DNA of 64,000 nucleotides from an uncultured delta proteobacterium (GCA_963787925.1 CAWBEN010000005.1:265651-329650), one strand, 5' to 3'; shown: positions 54,103 to 63,883, counted from the first letter of the stretch. The notes: generated from the sequence alone by a model not told the origin. A program made the numbers and translations.

Positions 54103-54968
54103 CGCGGACCGGCCTTTTGCTTGACGGTCTGGTTGGCGGCCGCCAACCAGTTGACCCACGGCCCCTGCTTTCCCTCCGTGAGCGATCGCAGCACCCTCAC
54201 GTCATTCTTCGCGAGCTCGTAGTCGCCGATGGCCATCAGGTGCTCGAGGCGGACGCGCCGCGCGCGGAAGTCTTGGGTCAACGAGGCGCGAAGCTGTTTG
54301 GCAGCGCTGTCTGCCTCCGCGGCGCTTGCCTGGTCGCCTGCCTGCTCGAAGCAGACGCGGGCCGTATCGTAGAGCAGGACGGCCTGGACACCGTCTTTCG
54401 GCGCAAATGGACTTCGCTCGCGCTTACCCTCGGCGATGTCGAACTTCTCGGCCGCGAACGAGCGGGCCTGATCTGCAGCGGCCTGCGGGCAGGTCGCCGG
54501 GGCGGGCGCGAAGAGCTCTGGCGCGCGCGTGGGAGCCATGGCCACGGTGGCCGTGTCCCAGTCGAGGACCAGGTAGCCTCCGGCCAGGAGGACACCCACT
54601 CCCAGCACCTTCATGAGCGGGCTCATGCCTTCTTTTTTCTGAGCGCGCACGAGAGGAGCCCCGTCGAGCGCAAAGTCACCGAGCGCGACGAAGAGCAACG
54701 TGGACCCAATCTTCAGCGGCACGTCGGGCGCGAGGGGGATGCTGGTGAACGCGACGCCGTTGACGGTCGCCGGAGGCTCGGACGCCTTGCTCTCCGCGCG
54801 CACCGTGCCACCGACGACCTGTATGGCGACATGTTCGCTCGCAGCCTGGTCGAGCGGCAATCGCACGTCGCAGTGTGCCCCGCTTCCGATGAGCAACCGC
54901 TCACCGTCCACGTGCGTCACGGCTTTGCGCCCGTCGGCGGAACGAATCTCGACTCGGAGAGTGCTCAA
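54099..54968 (-). CDS. FHA-domain membrane protein
   Basis: 289 aa. LLIGSGAHCDVRLPL...EHVAIQVVGG...TVNGVAF...LKIGSTLLFV, one TM (VLGVGVLLAGGYLVL) and a helical C-terminal domain. Confidence 0.7.
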   Translation of the reverse strand: MSTLRVEIRSADGRKAVTHVDGERLLIGSGAHCDVRLPLDQAASEHVAIQVVGGTVRAESKASEPPATVNGVAFTSIPLAPDVPLKIGSTLLFVALGDFALDGAPLVRAQKKEGMSPLMKVLGVGVLLAGGYLVLDWDTATVAMAPTRAPELFAPAPATCPQAAADQARSFAAEKFDIAEGKRERSPFAPKDGVQAVLLYDTARVCFEQAGDQASAAEADSAAKQLRASLTQDFRARRVRLEHLMAIGDYELAKNDVRVLRSLTEGKQGPWVNWLAAANQTVKQKAGPR

Positions 54969-54995
54969 TGGAAACCTCGACGGCGCCCGTTGTTC

Positions 54996-55895
54996 CTAGA
55001 GTTGTATGCTCATCGCCATGGGCGCGACGATGAGCACAAGGATGGCAACGAAGACCAGCATCAACGGCGCGACCATGGCGACACTGGCCTTGGCCGCGGC
55101 CTCCTCCGCGCGCACGCTCCGTCGCTGACGCGAAACCTCGGCTTGTATTCGGAGCACGTTCGCAACCGGATTGCCGCGGAGCTCGGCCTGGACCACGGCA
55201 CCCACGAACTCGTTCACGGCGTCCGTCGGAACGCGCTCCGCGAAGTCCTCGAGCGCTTGACGGCGCGTCCGCCCAAGCTGCAAGCCCTGCAGAATCAGCG
55301 TGAACTCTTCGACCGTAGGATCCTCGGGCGCGCCCGATTTTTGGACGACTTGTCTGACGGCGCCCGGGAAGTCGAGCCCCGCGCCCATCCCGAGCGCGAG
55401 GAGATCGATCGCGTACGGGAGGCGCCGGTTGACGGCCTTGAACCTCGCCCCCGCGGCGCTCGAGATGTTCATGCTCGGCGCCATCGCCCCAAATGCGGCG
55501 CACGCCACGGCCGCGAGGACCCCCATCCCGCTGACCGCCCCGAGCACCGCGCCGAAGACGAGGCCGGCCGCTCCGCTGAAAATGCTGAGGCTGACCACCT
55601 CTTCCGGGAGCAGACCAAGGTAGTCTCCAGCGACGGCGACCTGGTGGTCCACGCGTTCCCGAAATGCTTGCGGCAAGAGCCCGCTGACGCGCATGCCGAG
55701 CCATCGGACGGCGGGCTCGATGGAACGCCAGACCTCCTGCTGCTCGATGGCCCGCTGTCGTTTCAGCCCGCGAAGCCCCATCCGCTTGCCGTCACTCAGC
55801 GGCGCAATGGCCGCCGCATAGGTGACGAGCCAGAGGCAACTTCCGACGCACGAGCAAAGCAGGATTTTCAAAGCGAGAAGGCCTTGCGGCGTCAT
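54996..55895 (-). CDS. tadC: TadC-like inner-membrane platform protein (T2SSF family)
   Basis: ORF 54996..55943. ATG 55895 overlaps the tadB stop (ATGA). LPYAIDLLALGMGAGLDFPGAV...LQLGRTRRQALEDFAERV...RSVRAEEAAAKASV. Confidence 0.8.
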   Translation of the reverse strand: MTPQGLLALKILLCSCVGSCLWLVTYAAAIAPLSDGKRMGLRGLKRQRAIEQQEVWRSIEPAVRWLGMRVSGLLPQAFRERVDHQVAVAGDYLGLLPEEVVSLSIFSGAAGLVFGAVLGAVSGMGVLAAVACAAFGAMAPSMNISSAAGARFKAVNRRLPYAIDLLALGMGAGLDFPGAVRQVVQKSGAPEDPTVEEFTLILQGLQLGRTRRQALEDFAERVPTDAVNEFVGAVVQAELRGNPVANVLRIQAEVSRQRRSVRAEEAAAKASVAMVAPLMLVFVAILVLIVAPMAMSIQL

Positions 55896-56761
55896 ATGTC
55901 CACCGTGAGCACTTTGCGTGCAAGGAGCAGGGCTGCCACCCACAACGTGATGGCGAGCGTCATGACCGCGTATCCTGCAAAGCTTTGCTGCAGCGGATCG
56001 AAGTAGCCCGGCTGAACGAAATTGAACGCGGCGCAGATCCCGAACGGAAAGCCCACCAACACCCAGAGCTGGGCTCTGCCCTCGCCGGTTTTCGAACGGA
56101 CCACGCCTTCGAGGCGATTCATCTCGCGGATGGTCGCCGCCGTGTTCTCGAGGACCGTCGGAAGATTGCCTCCTACCTGGAGACCGATGAGGACGGCGCT
56201 CAGCGCCGAATCGATCGTGCGGCTGCCGATTCGGGCGGACATGTTGATGAGCGCCTGTTCGAGCGTGTTACCCACACGCATCTCCTTGACGACGAGGTCG
56301 ATCTCTTGCTTGGTCGGATTGTGCAAGAGCGGCACGACTGCCTGCAGTGCGGCCGCCGGCCCGGGGACTGTCTTCATCGAGTTGGCCAGCGAGAGGATGA
56401 ACCCGTCGATCTGGGACTCCAGCTTCACGAGTCGCTTCTTCCGCTCCATGGCCAGGTGGATCGCCGGTGCGATGGCGATCACGGCGACGAAGACGTACCA
56501 GTAAGGAACATCGAAGAGTGCCAACTCTACGGCGAGGATGGCTGCGATGAGGCCTAGCTGCCAACGCACGATTCTCTTGCCCGACCCCTCCTTGAAGAGA
56601 AGGCGCAAGACCTTGTCGAGGTGTTGAACGTAGCGCCACCAGCTGCGGGCGAGCACGCCATCCCCGAAGCCAACGGTCTGTATGAGGCTGCCGACCCCTA
56701 TGCCGGTAAGGAGGATCGCGACGTACTTCACGAGATCGAGCGCGGCGAGATGGACCCTCAT
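55892..56761 (-). CDS. tadB: TadB-like inner-membrane platform protein (T2SSF family)
   Basis: 3' part of the 856-aa ORF. ATG 56761 (MRVHLAALDLVKYVAILL...) overlaps, as ATGA, the TGA that ends the corrected cpaF frame. QIDGFILSLANSMKTVPGPAAAL...MRVGNTLEQALINMSARI. Confidence 0.8.
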   Translation of the reverse strand: MRVHLAALDLVKYVAILLTGIGVGSLIQTVGFGDGVLARSWWRYVQHLDKVLRLLFKEGSGKRIVRWQLGLIAAILAVELALFDVPYWYVFVAVIAIAPAIHLAMERKKRLVKLESQIDGFILSLANSMKTVPGPAAALQAVVPLLHNPTKQEIDLVVKEMRVGNTLEQALINMSARIGSRTIDSALSAVLIGLQVGGNLPTVLENTAATIREMNRLEGVVRSKTGEGRAQLWVLVGFPFGICAAFNFVQPGYFDPLQQSFAGYAVMTLAITLWVAALLLARKVLTVDI

Positions 56762-58462
56762 AGGAAAGGCTCGCCGGGTTTGATTAGGCCCATGACGATG
56801 AAGTCGTTGAGAAACGAAGGAAGAAAGCCGGTCGCGCGGAATTCGCCCAGGACGTCGCCCTTGGCGCCCGTGCCCGTTCGGTGAAACTCGAAGATCGGAA
56901 CGAGCTCGAACCTCTCCTTCGTCGTCGATTCCCGTGACCTCGGCGATCGCGGTCACCTTTCGCGTGCCGTCGGAGAGGCGCGTCTGCTGCACGAGGAGAT
57001 GGATGCTGCCCGCGATCTGCTCGCGTATCGCCCTGACCGGGAGGTCGACGCCGGCCATCAGAACCAGCGTCTCGAGGCGCGCGATCGCCTCGCGCGGGCT
57101 GTTGGCGTGCGTCGTCGTGAGCGACCCGTCGTGGCCCGTGTTCATTGCCTGGAGCATGTCGAGCGCCTCGCCGCCGCGGCATTCCCCCACGACGATGCGA
57201 TCCGGTCGCATGCGGAGGGCGTTCTTGACGAGATCGCGGATGGTGTATTCGCCCTTTCCTTCCATGTTCGCGGGCCGCGTCTCCAGCGAGACGACGTGCG
57301 GCTGCTTGAGCTGGAGCTCCGCCGCGTCTTCGATCGTGACGATGCGCTCGTCTTCCGGAATCGCGCCGGAGAGCACGTTGAGCAGGGTGGTCTTCCCGCT
57401 CCCCGTGCCGCCCGCAATGACGATGTTCTTCTTGGCGATGACGCTCCTCGTGAGAAAGCGACCCATGGCCACGGTCATCGCGCCGTAGGAGATGAGTTTT
57501 TCCAGGGTCAGCGGCGTCCTGGAAAACTTTCGAATGGTGATCGCCGACCCGCGGAGCGCGAGCGGGCGAATGATGGCGTTGACCCGCGACCCATCGCTCA
57601 AGCGCGCGTCGACGAGCGGCGAAGACTCGTCGATCCGCCGACCAAGCGGGGTGACGATGCGCTCGATCACGGCGCGGACCCGTTCGTCGTCCGTGAATTG
57701 CGCGTCCGATCGGAACAGCTTGCCGTTCTGCTCGATGTAGATCGTCGTCGGGTCGACGACCATGATCTCGTTCACGCTCGGATCGCTCAAGAATCGCTCG
57801 AGCGGTCCAAGACCGAGCGCCTCGTCGGCCAGCTCGCCGACGAGCGCATCGCGGTTGATGCTTTGCGGGATGGTCTCTTCAAGCGACTGCACGATCCGCC
57901 GCAGGGCGCTCAAGACTTTGGGACGAAGTGACGGGTCGTCCACCTGCGAGGGCTGAATGGTCGCGAGATCGAGGTGGTCCATGAGGAGCCTGTGGATCTC
58001 GCGGCGCAGCTCCACGTTCTCGCGGCGCGCCTTCTCTTCGGCCTGCTCGGCGGCGCGGCCCTTCGGTGCTTCGTTCGGCGCGCTTGCAGCGGCAGCCGCC
58101 CTGGCCGCGCGGCCTGTTCCGACGGCGCCAGCATCGGCAGCCGCGCCGTTGACGACGGGGGGATGGTCCGCGCGAGCCAGCCTCAACGTGTACTCCCCCA
58201 CGACGATGGGAACGCCGTGAGGCACGTCGGTTGCGCTATTGTGCACGAAGGTCGAGCCAGCAAGAGTGCCGTTTCGCGAAGAGTCGGCCACGAGCATTCG
58301 CGGCCCGTTCAAATCAATGCTGGCGTGGTTTCTCGAAATGAGCGTGCTGTCGAAAGACAGGCTGCAAGTCGGTGCGCGTCCGATCGTGACGACGCCGTCG
58401 GCGACGTTCAAGTCGCGCCTCTCCTGGCGCAAGCTCGACTCGATGACGACGTTCACGCGCAT
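56758..58462 (-). pseudogene. cpaF: FHA-domain-fused CpaF/TadA-family secretion ATPase, apparent 1-nt insertion near 56911
   Basis: N-terminal FHA: TIGRAPTCSLSFDSTLISRNHASIDL...DSSRNGTL. Then an Ala-rich linker and the ATPase ([53 protein letters not shown]). After ...GIDDEGE the listed frame turns Arg-rich. The adjacent frame reads [50 protein letters not shown], a normal CpaF C-terminus. Confidence 0.85.
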
Positions 58463-58496
58463 CGCGAGGGCTCCAGAGACGCGGCGTCTCCCCGCC

Positions 58497-59855
58497 TCAA
58501 TGCGACGGGGGGACGCCGACGCCCCCGCCTGGCTGTTTGTCGTAAGCGTTAACGTGCTCGATGCCGCCGCGGAAGTCCTTGAACTTGGCGAGCGCGCTGT
58601 TCACTAGCTCCTGCGCCGAGGCCGGAATGGTCGTGATCACGCTGGGGACCATGAAAATCGCTCCTTCGGTCAAGAGGGTGGTGTCCGAGTGGGATCCGAA
58701 GAGCAAGCCCAGGACCGGGATGTCTTTGAGCACCGGCAAGCCGCTCACGTTGTGGGTCGTCGATTCACGACGAATTCCCGAAAGGACGAGCGACTGGCCG
58801 AGCTTGAGGCTGACGTTCGTCGTGAGCTTGGAGCTCTGGCGCCCGGGCAGGCTCGTCCCGGCCGCCGACGCGGTGAGATCGGAAACCTCGGCAGACAGCT
58901 TCACCTCGATCTCGCGTTGCTCGGGATTGTACTTCGGTAAGACGATGAGCTCCGTCCCGAATGGGATCTTCTGCACCCCGACCCCCAGCCCCGTCGTGAC
59001 GGAGAAGTTTTGCTCACCGCCGTTGGAGAAGACGGCCTCGACGTCGTTGTTCGTGATGACGGTCGCCTGCTTGAGGACTTTGGCCCATCCCCTCGTCGAG
59101 GCGATGTCCAGCCGAGGCAACGGCTGGTTGGCGAGGGTTGCGGTCGCGGTGCGCGGCACGCCCCCCAAGAAATCGTAGGTGAAGGCATCTTGAAGAGAGC
59201 CGCCACCGATCGACGATGGCCACCCGATGCCGGCCGCGTACGTCGACTCCGTGTCGTACTGAACGAAGTAGAAGTCGATGCGGATCACGAACCGCTGCGC
59301 CTGCGCCGGCCCCGCAGAGACTCCGCTGCCCGCCACCGAGACGAGAGAGTCTACCTCTCCAGGATAAAGTGAGGTCACGTGCTGCACGCGTTTCAGGTCG
59401 CCGTCGCTCGCCACCGTACCGTCGATGACGATGTGCGCGCCCACGCGGCGGACGCGAACGCCCGGGAGGCCCTCGAGCAGCTGCGCCAACTCGCGCTCGA
59501 CGACTTGCGGCGATCGCGCGAAGACGTCGATGGCCAACGTGATCTGCGAACCATCGCTCTTGATGAGCAGCAACGTCGTGGACCCCTGGTGCCTTCCGTT
59601 GATCACGAACTGGCTGGCATCGGTCGTCAGCTTGACGTCGATGATTCCCGCGACCCCCTCGGAGTAATTGCGGACGTCTTTGGCGGAAATGGTCTTCGTC
59701 TCGCCGATGGCAAGGGTGATCGTTTCGCCATTCTGAGCCGCCGTCGGGTCGTTGCGCCACTGCGCGGCCGCTGGCTGGGGCGACGCAAAGCCAAGAACGA
59801 CGGCGGGAAGCGCGATCGCGAGCGCTCGCTTGCTCCGCGATTTCACCTGGATCAT
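58497..59855 (-). CDS. cpaC: CpaC/RcpA-type secretin
   Basis: 452 aa with a signal peptide. N-terminal pilus-formation/BON-like region (ITLAIGETKTISAKDV...GSTTLLL). Secretin core: LVLSGIRRESTTHNVSGLPVLKDIPVLGLLFGS. Confidence 0.88.
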   Translation of the reverse strand: MIQVKSRSKRALAIALPAVVLGFASPQPAAAQWRNDPTAAQNGETITLAIGETKTISAKDVRNYSEGVAGIIDVKLTTDASQFVINGRHQGSTTLLLIKSDGSQITLAIDVFARSPQVVERELAQLLEGLPGVRVRRVGAHIVIDGTVASDGDLKRVQHVTSLYPGEVDSLVSVAGSGVSAGPAQAQRFVIRIDFYFVQYDTESTYAAGIGWPSSIGGGSLQDAFTYDFLGGVPRTATATLANQPLPRLDIASTRGWAKVLKQATVITNNDVEAVFSNGGEQNFSVTTGLGVGVQKIPFGTELIVLPKYNPEQREIEVKLSAEVSDLTASAAGTSLPGRQSSKLTTNVSLKLGQSLVLSGIRRESTTHNVSGLPVLKDIPVLGLLFGSHSDTTLLTEGAIFMVPSVITTIPASAQELVNSALAKFKDFRGGIEHVNAYDKQPGGGVGVPPSH

Positions 59856-60634
59856 CTCGGCGCCCTTTCGACGTCGAGCTTGACGGGCCCTTGTGGCGCT
59901 CGTCGGAAGCTGCTCTGGACGGCTTGTCGTTTCTGCGAATCCGTGAGGGTCGTCGTGGTGAGGTCGGGCGGCGTCTCGGCGATCTTCTGGTCGTCCGGAT
60001 TGCGAACGACCACGGTCAATTTGCCTCGCTCCATCGCCAAAGCAAGGAGCTGGCCCTCTTGCAGCGAGACGCTCAACGTGAGTATCGAGGCGCGTTGCAG
60101 CGGTTTTCGGTCGAGGCCACGATCGTTGTTCGTGTCGGATCCCGTCGCCAGAATGAGCACACGCTGCAGCAAGACGGTGGCCTCTTTGGTGTCGTCGAAG
60201 ACACCGATGACGTCCACGAAGTCGCCCGGGTGAATGAGCGCGATCTCATCGCTGAAGACCACGCGAATTGGAATGGCTCGGTTTCCCGGTTGCACGAGAG
60301 AGCTCAAGTCACGCTGCTCGTCGGTGCTGGCGATCACGTCGGTCCAGGCGATGGTCTGCTGAACGGGGACGTTCGTCGTCGCGCGAAGGCCAATGATCTT
60401 GTCCTTGTCGGCTGCACGAATGACGCGATCGTCGACATAGGCTTGAGGGACCTCGCGGATACCGAGCATCTCGTCGGTAATCGGCTTGCCACGCTGGATC
60501 GGCGTGACGGCGGCGAGAAGCTCGATCCGTCGGCCGCCGGAGGCGACCTGCTCGAATCGCCTCATGTAAAAGAGAAGCAAAGCAATGCCCGCCGCCCCGG
60601 CGAGCAATCCGACAAAGAGAGGCCGTATCTTCAT
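59852..60634 (-). CDS. cpaB: CpaB/RcpC-type pilus assembly protein (SAF domain)
   Basis: 260 aa. N-terminal TM LFVGLLAGAAGIALLLF. SAF-type IELLAAVTPIQRGKPITDEML. The stop overlaps the cpaC start (ATGA). Confidence 0.8.
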   Translation of the reverse strand: MKIRPLFVGLLAGAAGIALLLFYMRRFEQVASGGRRIELLAAVTPIQRGKPITDEMLGIREVPQAYVDDRVIRAADKDKIIGLRATTNVPVQQTIAWTDVIASTDEQRDLSSLVQPGNRAIPIRVVFSDEIALIHPGDFVDVIGVFDDTKEATVLLQRVLILATGSDTNNDRGLDRKPLQRASILTLSVSLQEGQLLALAMERGKLTVVVRNPDDQKIAETPPDLTTTTLTDSQKRQAVQSSFRRAPQGPVKLDVERAPR

Positions 60635-60737
60635 GAAAAGTGCTTTCAGGGCCGACGCTGGGAGGTTCTAACAGAGTCGCGCGGGCGCGTGAACCGCGCT
60701 GTTTCGATGTGCGCCGAGCGTTCGTCACCCATGCCGT

Positions 60738-61709
60738 TCAATTCTCCACGTGAACTTCGGCTAGCGTCGGCGTATCGGTACGAGCCGTCTCGATGGCCGT
60801 CAGCATCGTACGACCGCCGTCGTTCACCATCGTGAGATAGAGCATCGGCCCTCCGTCCTTCATGTAGACGACGCCGTCGTGGTGCTCCAGCCCATCGACG
60901 ACGAGCGCCCAGCCACGGGCCTTCATCTCGGCATCGTAAAAGTGCTGCACTGCCGACCGAGGCTCCGCCGAATCGTAGATATGCACACCGTAAGGAACCT
61001 GGCTCGCCGTGGCCGAGAGGATCCTCCTCGCGTGGGGCGGTCGGGGAACCATCGGCGAGTCGAAGCCCACGGCGTCGCCCGTCGCCGGGAACATTTCGTC
61101 GATATTGAATTTGCCTTCGGTCCAGATCGTGGTCACCCGCGTCCGCCCCGATGCGGACCTTGCTACGTACGCGTACCGAAAATGGCCGAACGCGGAGAGG
61201 TCATGCGAGCGGAGAAACGCCCTCAGGCGGTCGGGCAACTCGGCGAGCGAGAGGGAGTGCTCGTCGGCAAAACAGGTGAGGGCACCTTCGTCGCCATTCT
61301 CCTTGCGGACAATTCCGAGCCGCAGGCGGTGGTCCGGCACGATGGCGTTCGTCTTGTCCTCGAGCGTGGCGGGAATGTTGGCGAGCGCACGCGCCATGAG
61401 GCCTGGGTGCTCGCGGCAGACCGCCTCGAAGCGATCGAGGACGCTCGTCGGAGCTTCTCCCGTCGAGGCCGTCGAAACGTTCATCGCCACGCCGTTGATG
61501 AATACCGACTTCGTGCTCCCCAGAAGGTCGCCCACGCCCGCTAGCTCCTTGCCCACCTGCAGTGTGCCTTCCTGGAAATCGGCATACACGACGTGGGCGG
61601 CCGCGAGCGCGCAGAGGCACGTCACGAAGAAAGCGTACGCAGAGACCCGGGTCAGCGCGAAGAAGCGGTGGCGCAGCCAAGAGCTTCCGTTCCTCAAAGT
61701 GTTCATCAT
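60738..61709 (-). CDS. Membrane-anchored hypothetical protein embedded in the Tad-like operon
   Basis: 323 aa with one N-terminal TM (AYAFFVTCLCALAAAHVVY). No motif recognised. Confidence 0.5.
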   Translation of the reverse strand: MMNTLRNGSSWLRHRFFALTRVSAYAFFVTCLCALAAAHVVYADFQEGTLQVGKELAGVGDLLGSTKSVFINGVAMNVSTASTGEAPTSVLDRFEAVCREHPGLMARALANIPATLEDKTNAIVPDHRLRLGIVRKENGDEGALTCFADEHSLSLAELPDRLRAFLRSHDLSAFGHFRYAYVARSASGRTRVTTIWTEGKFNIDEMFPATGDAVGFDSPMVPRPPHARRILSATASQVPYGVHIYDSAEPRSAVQHFYDAEMKARGWALVVDGLEHHDGVVYMKDGGPMLYLTMVNDGGRTMLTAIETARTDTPTLAEVHVEN

Positions 61710-61723
61710 GGCCGCGGCCCCCC

Positions 61724-62275
61724 CTACCAGCTGAATGCGTGCTGCACGTAACCGATCGCCCCGTTGATGTCTCCGTCCTTTTGAACGTCGCCACAGCTCA
61801 TGAACGAGTTCGAGTACACCGTGTGAACGAACCAGCCGCGTCGCGCGGGGTCCGCCGAGCTCACCGTTTGCATGTTGTTCGACGCCACCGCCTTGAGGCT
61901 GATTCCCGCGATCTTGTCGAGCGCAAAACCTTCGCTACCCATGGCCGAGCCAACGGGGTCGCCTCCGCCATTCCCTACTTTGGTGTCCGGCTGCATCCCG
62001 CTGGTGGACGGCTGCGCGGCAGAGCCCGATTGGTTGTCCGCCGCCCGACCCAGATCGGGCTGGATGCTGCTCAGCGCCTGTCCGTCGGGGCACGCATCCA
62101 TGGCGTAGGCGACGGCCGCCGCGCGCGCCAGACGCTGAACGCGCAGCTTCTCCTGATAGAGCATTCGGAAATAGGCGATACCGACGAAAAAGATCACGAA
62201 GACCGACATGACGCAGATCGCTTCGACCATGGCCGCTCCGCGCTGTCGTGCCCGATTCGCTCGAATGGCTTTCAT
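61724..62275 (-). CDS. TadE-like pseudopilin
   Basis: 183 aa. N-terminus QRGAAMVEAICVMSVFVIFFVGIAYF has the TadE-type G/A-x-x-x-E hydrophobic segment. Confidence 0.7.
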   Translation of the reverse strand: MKAIRANRARQRGAAMVEAICVMSVFVIFFVGIAYFRMLYQEKLRVQRLARAAAVAYAMDACPDGQALSSIQPDLGRAADNQSGSAAQPSTSGMQPDTKVGNGGGDPVGSAMGSEGFALDKIAGISLKAVASNNMQTVSSADPARRGWFVHTVYSNSFMSCGDVQKDGDINGAIGYVQHAFSW

Positions 62276-62285
62276 GGTGTCGCCC

Positions 62286-63883
62286 TCAATGCAAGGTGAG
62301 CGGGTAGTTTCGCACCGAGGTTCCGAGCTCCGCCTTCGCCTGGAAATTCGTGAGATTGACGCTCGATAGCCGGCTTATCCCGTCCACGACGATCTTCGCC
62401 TTGAGGCCCTTTTCGTACATCGAAATCACCGAACCTCCCGTGAATGCGTCGGGATTGAAGAGTCGAAACCTCGCGCGCCAGTGGAAATTCCACATCGCGT
62501 CGTCCGTCCCGTTGCAGCTGTCCGTGCCCCAGTCTCCCTTGCAATCGTAAAAGAACTCGGCCTGCGCCCACGAGATGAGCTGGTAAAACGTCGGGTCGCT
62601 CATCGTGACGTTGCCGCGCGAGCCAATGCTGACGAACCGGGCCGAGTACGTGCTGTTGCTCTTGTTCGTGTCGCTGTAGACGAGCGATGCGATCTGCGCG
62701 TCCTTGATTCCGTTGTGCCAATCTTGCTTCACCTTCGACGGGGTCTTGTCGCCCTGCACGTTGGCGGGCCCGGTCCCCGCGGCGGCGACCTTCTGCTGCG
62801 CCTTCGATTGGCCGTTGCCCTGCTTGTTCTTGACGTCGTCCTCGCAGGTCGACAGTCCGTCGCATTGCTGCTGGGAGGCGTCGGCGATGGCTTGGAGTTG
62901 CGTTACCTGCTGGACCTGGGTGGCGGTCGTGCTGGGGCCAGGGTCCCCGTTGTCGTCGTAACCGAAGGCCCGTTTTTTCAGGTCGACATTCCCCTGGTCC
63001 GTCTGGGCTTTGCCACACGCTTCGGCTTGCGACGCCTTGCAGCGGTCGGTCCCGAGCTTGGTGGCGGGGCCCGACAAGTCCGGTGGAGTACCTCCTCCGC
63101 TGAGCTCGCAAAATACGTCGCTCACGCCGATGCCCGAAATGAGGTCCTTCAACATGCCCATGAATTTTTTTCCGATTTCGCCAGGCGTAATCGAGCCGAG
63201 CAAACCGCCCACGCCGTCGAAAGCCTTGGCGCAGAGCTTCGATGTCGTGTCCTTTTCGACCGGAAGCCCCCACGAGCTGTCGCCGGTACCTCCTACGATG
63301 CTGGAACCCACGGCGACGGCGGGGATCTTCAGGGTGGGCCGGTATTTGAAGCGATCACCTGCGCAGCGCCCAACGCCCCCGCGGGCGTCGCGTATTGAAC
63401 GAACGTCTCGGCCTTGTTCAACAGAATGAGCGCCTCGTCGATCGGCTGCCGCGTGACGTTGTCGGCGGTCTGCATCGCCTGGGCGCCCTCTACGGCGAGG
63501 AGCTCGAGCCCGTGGAAGAAGACGGCGGTCGGCAGAAAGGGGACATCGCCGAGAACGTCGAAGATGCCCGCCAGGATGATCAGCGTGTACTTGATGAGGT
63601 TGATGGCCACGCGGATGGCGAGGATCGCGGCCATCAAGAGATTGACGAGAACGATGACGTTCATCCCGCGCGCGTTGATGACGGCGGTACTGAACGCGAC
63701 GGCGTCCGCGCCTTCTTGCATACGCTCGCGGTAAACGAGCGCATCGCCCACCCCCGCGATGTACCAGAGCGCACCGACCAGAAAGATGCACATGGGAATC
63801 CCCATGACCATGATCGCGCCGCGACGATCGGCGACGAGGCTCCGGGCAGCCTTCGTAACGCGCACGCCCGGGTCACGGTTCAT
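62286..63883 (-). pseudogene. TadG-like pilus-assembly protein, apparent 1-nt frameshift near 63350
   Basis: ORF 63329..63916 gives the N-terminal Tad-type segment (RRGAIMVMGIPMCIFLVGALWYIAGVGDALVYRERMQEGADAVAFSTAV). The frame of ORF 62286..63791 is plausible only from FKYRPTLKIPAVAVGSS onward. The switch lies at gtgatcgcttcaaatac. The start is taken at ATG 63883 (MNRDPG); 63916 is the alternative. Confidence 0.65.

Noticed and set aside
55892-58462. Natural tri-domain FHA-CpaF-TadB fusion protein of 856 aa
   Set aside because: The ~50 residues joining CpaF to TadB are compositionally aberrant. A perfect CpaF C-terminus plus an ATGA stop/start junction exists in the adjacent frame. It is better explained by a 1-nt insertion.
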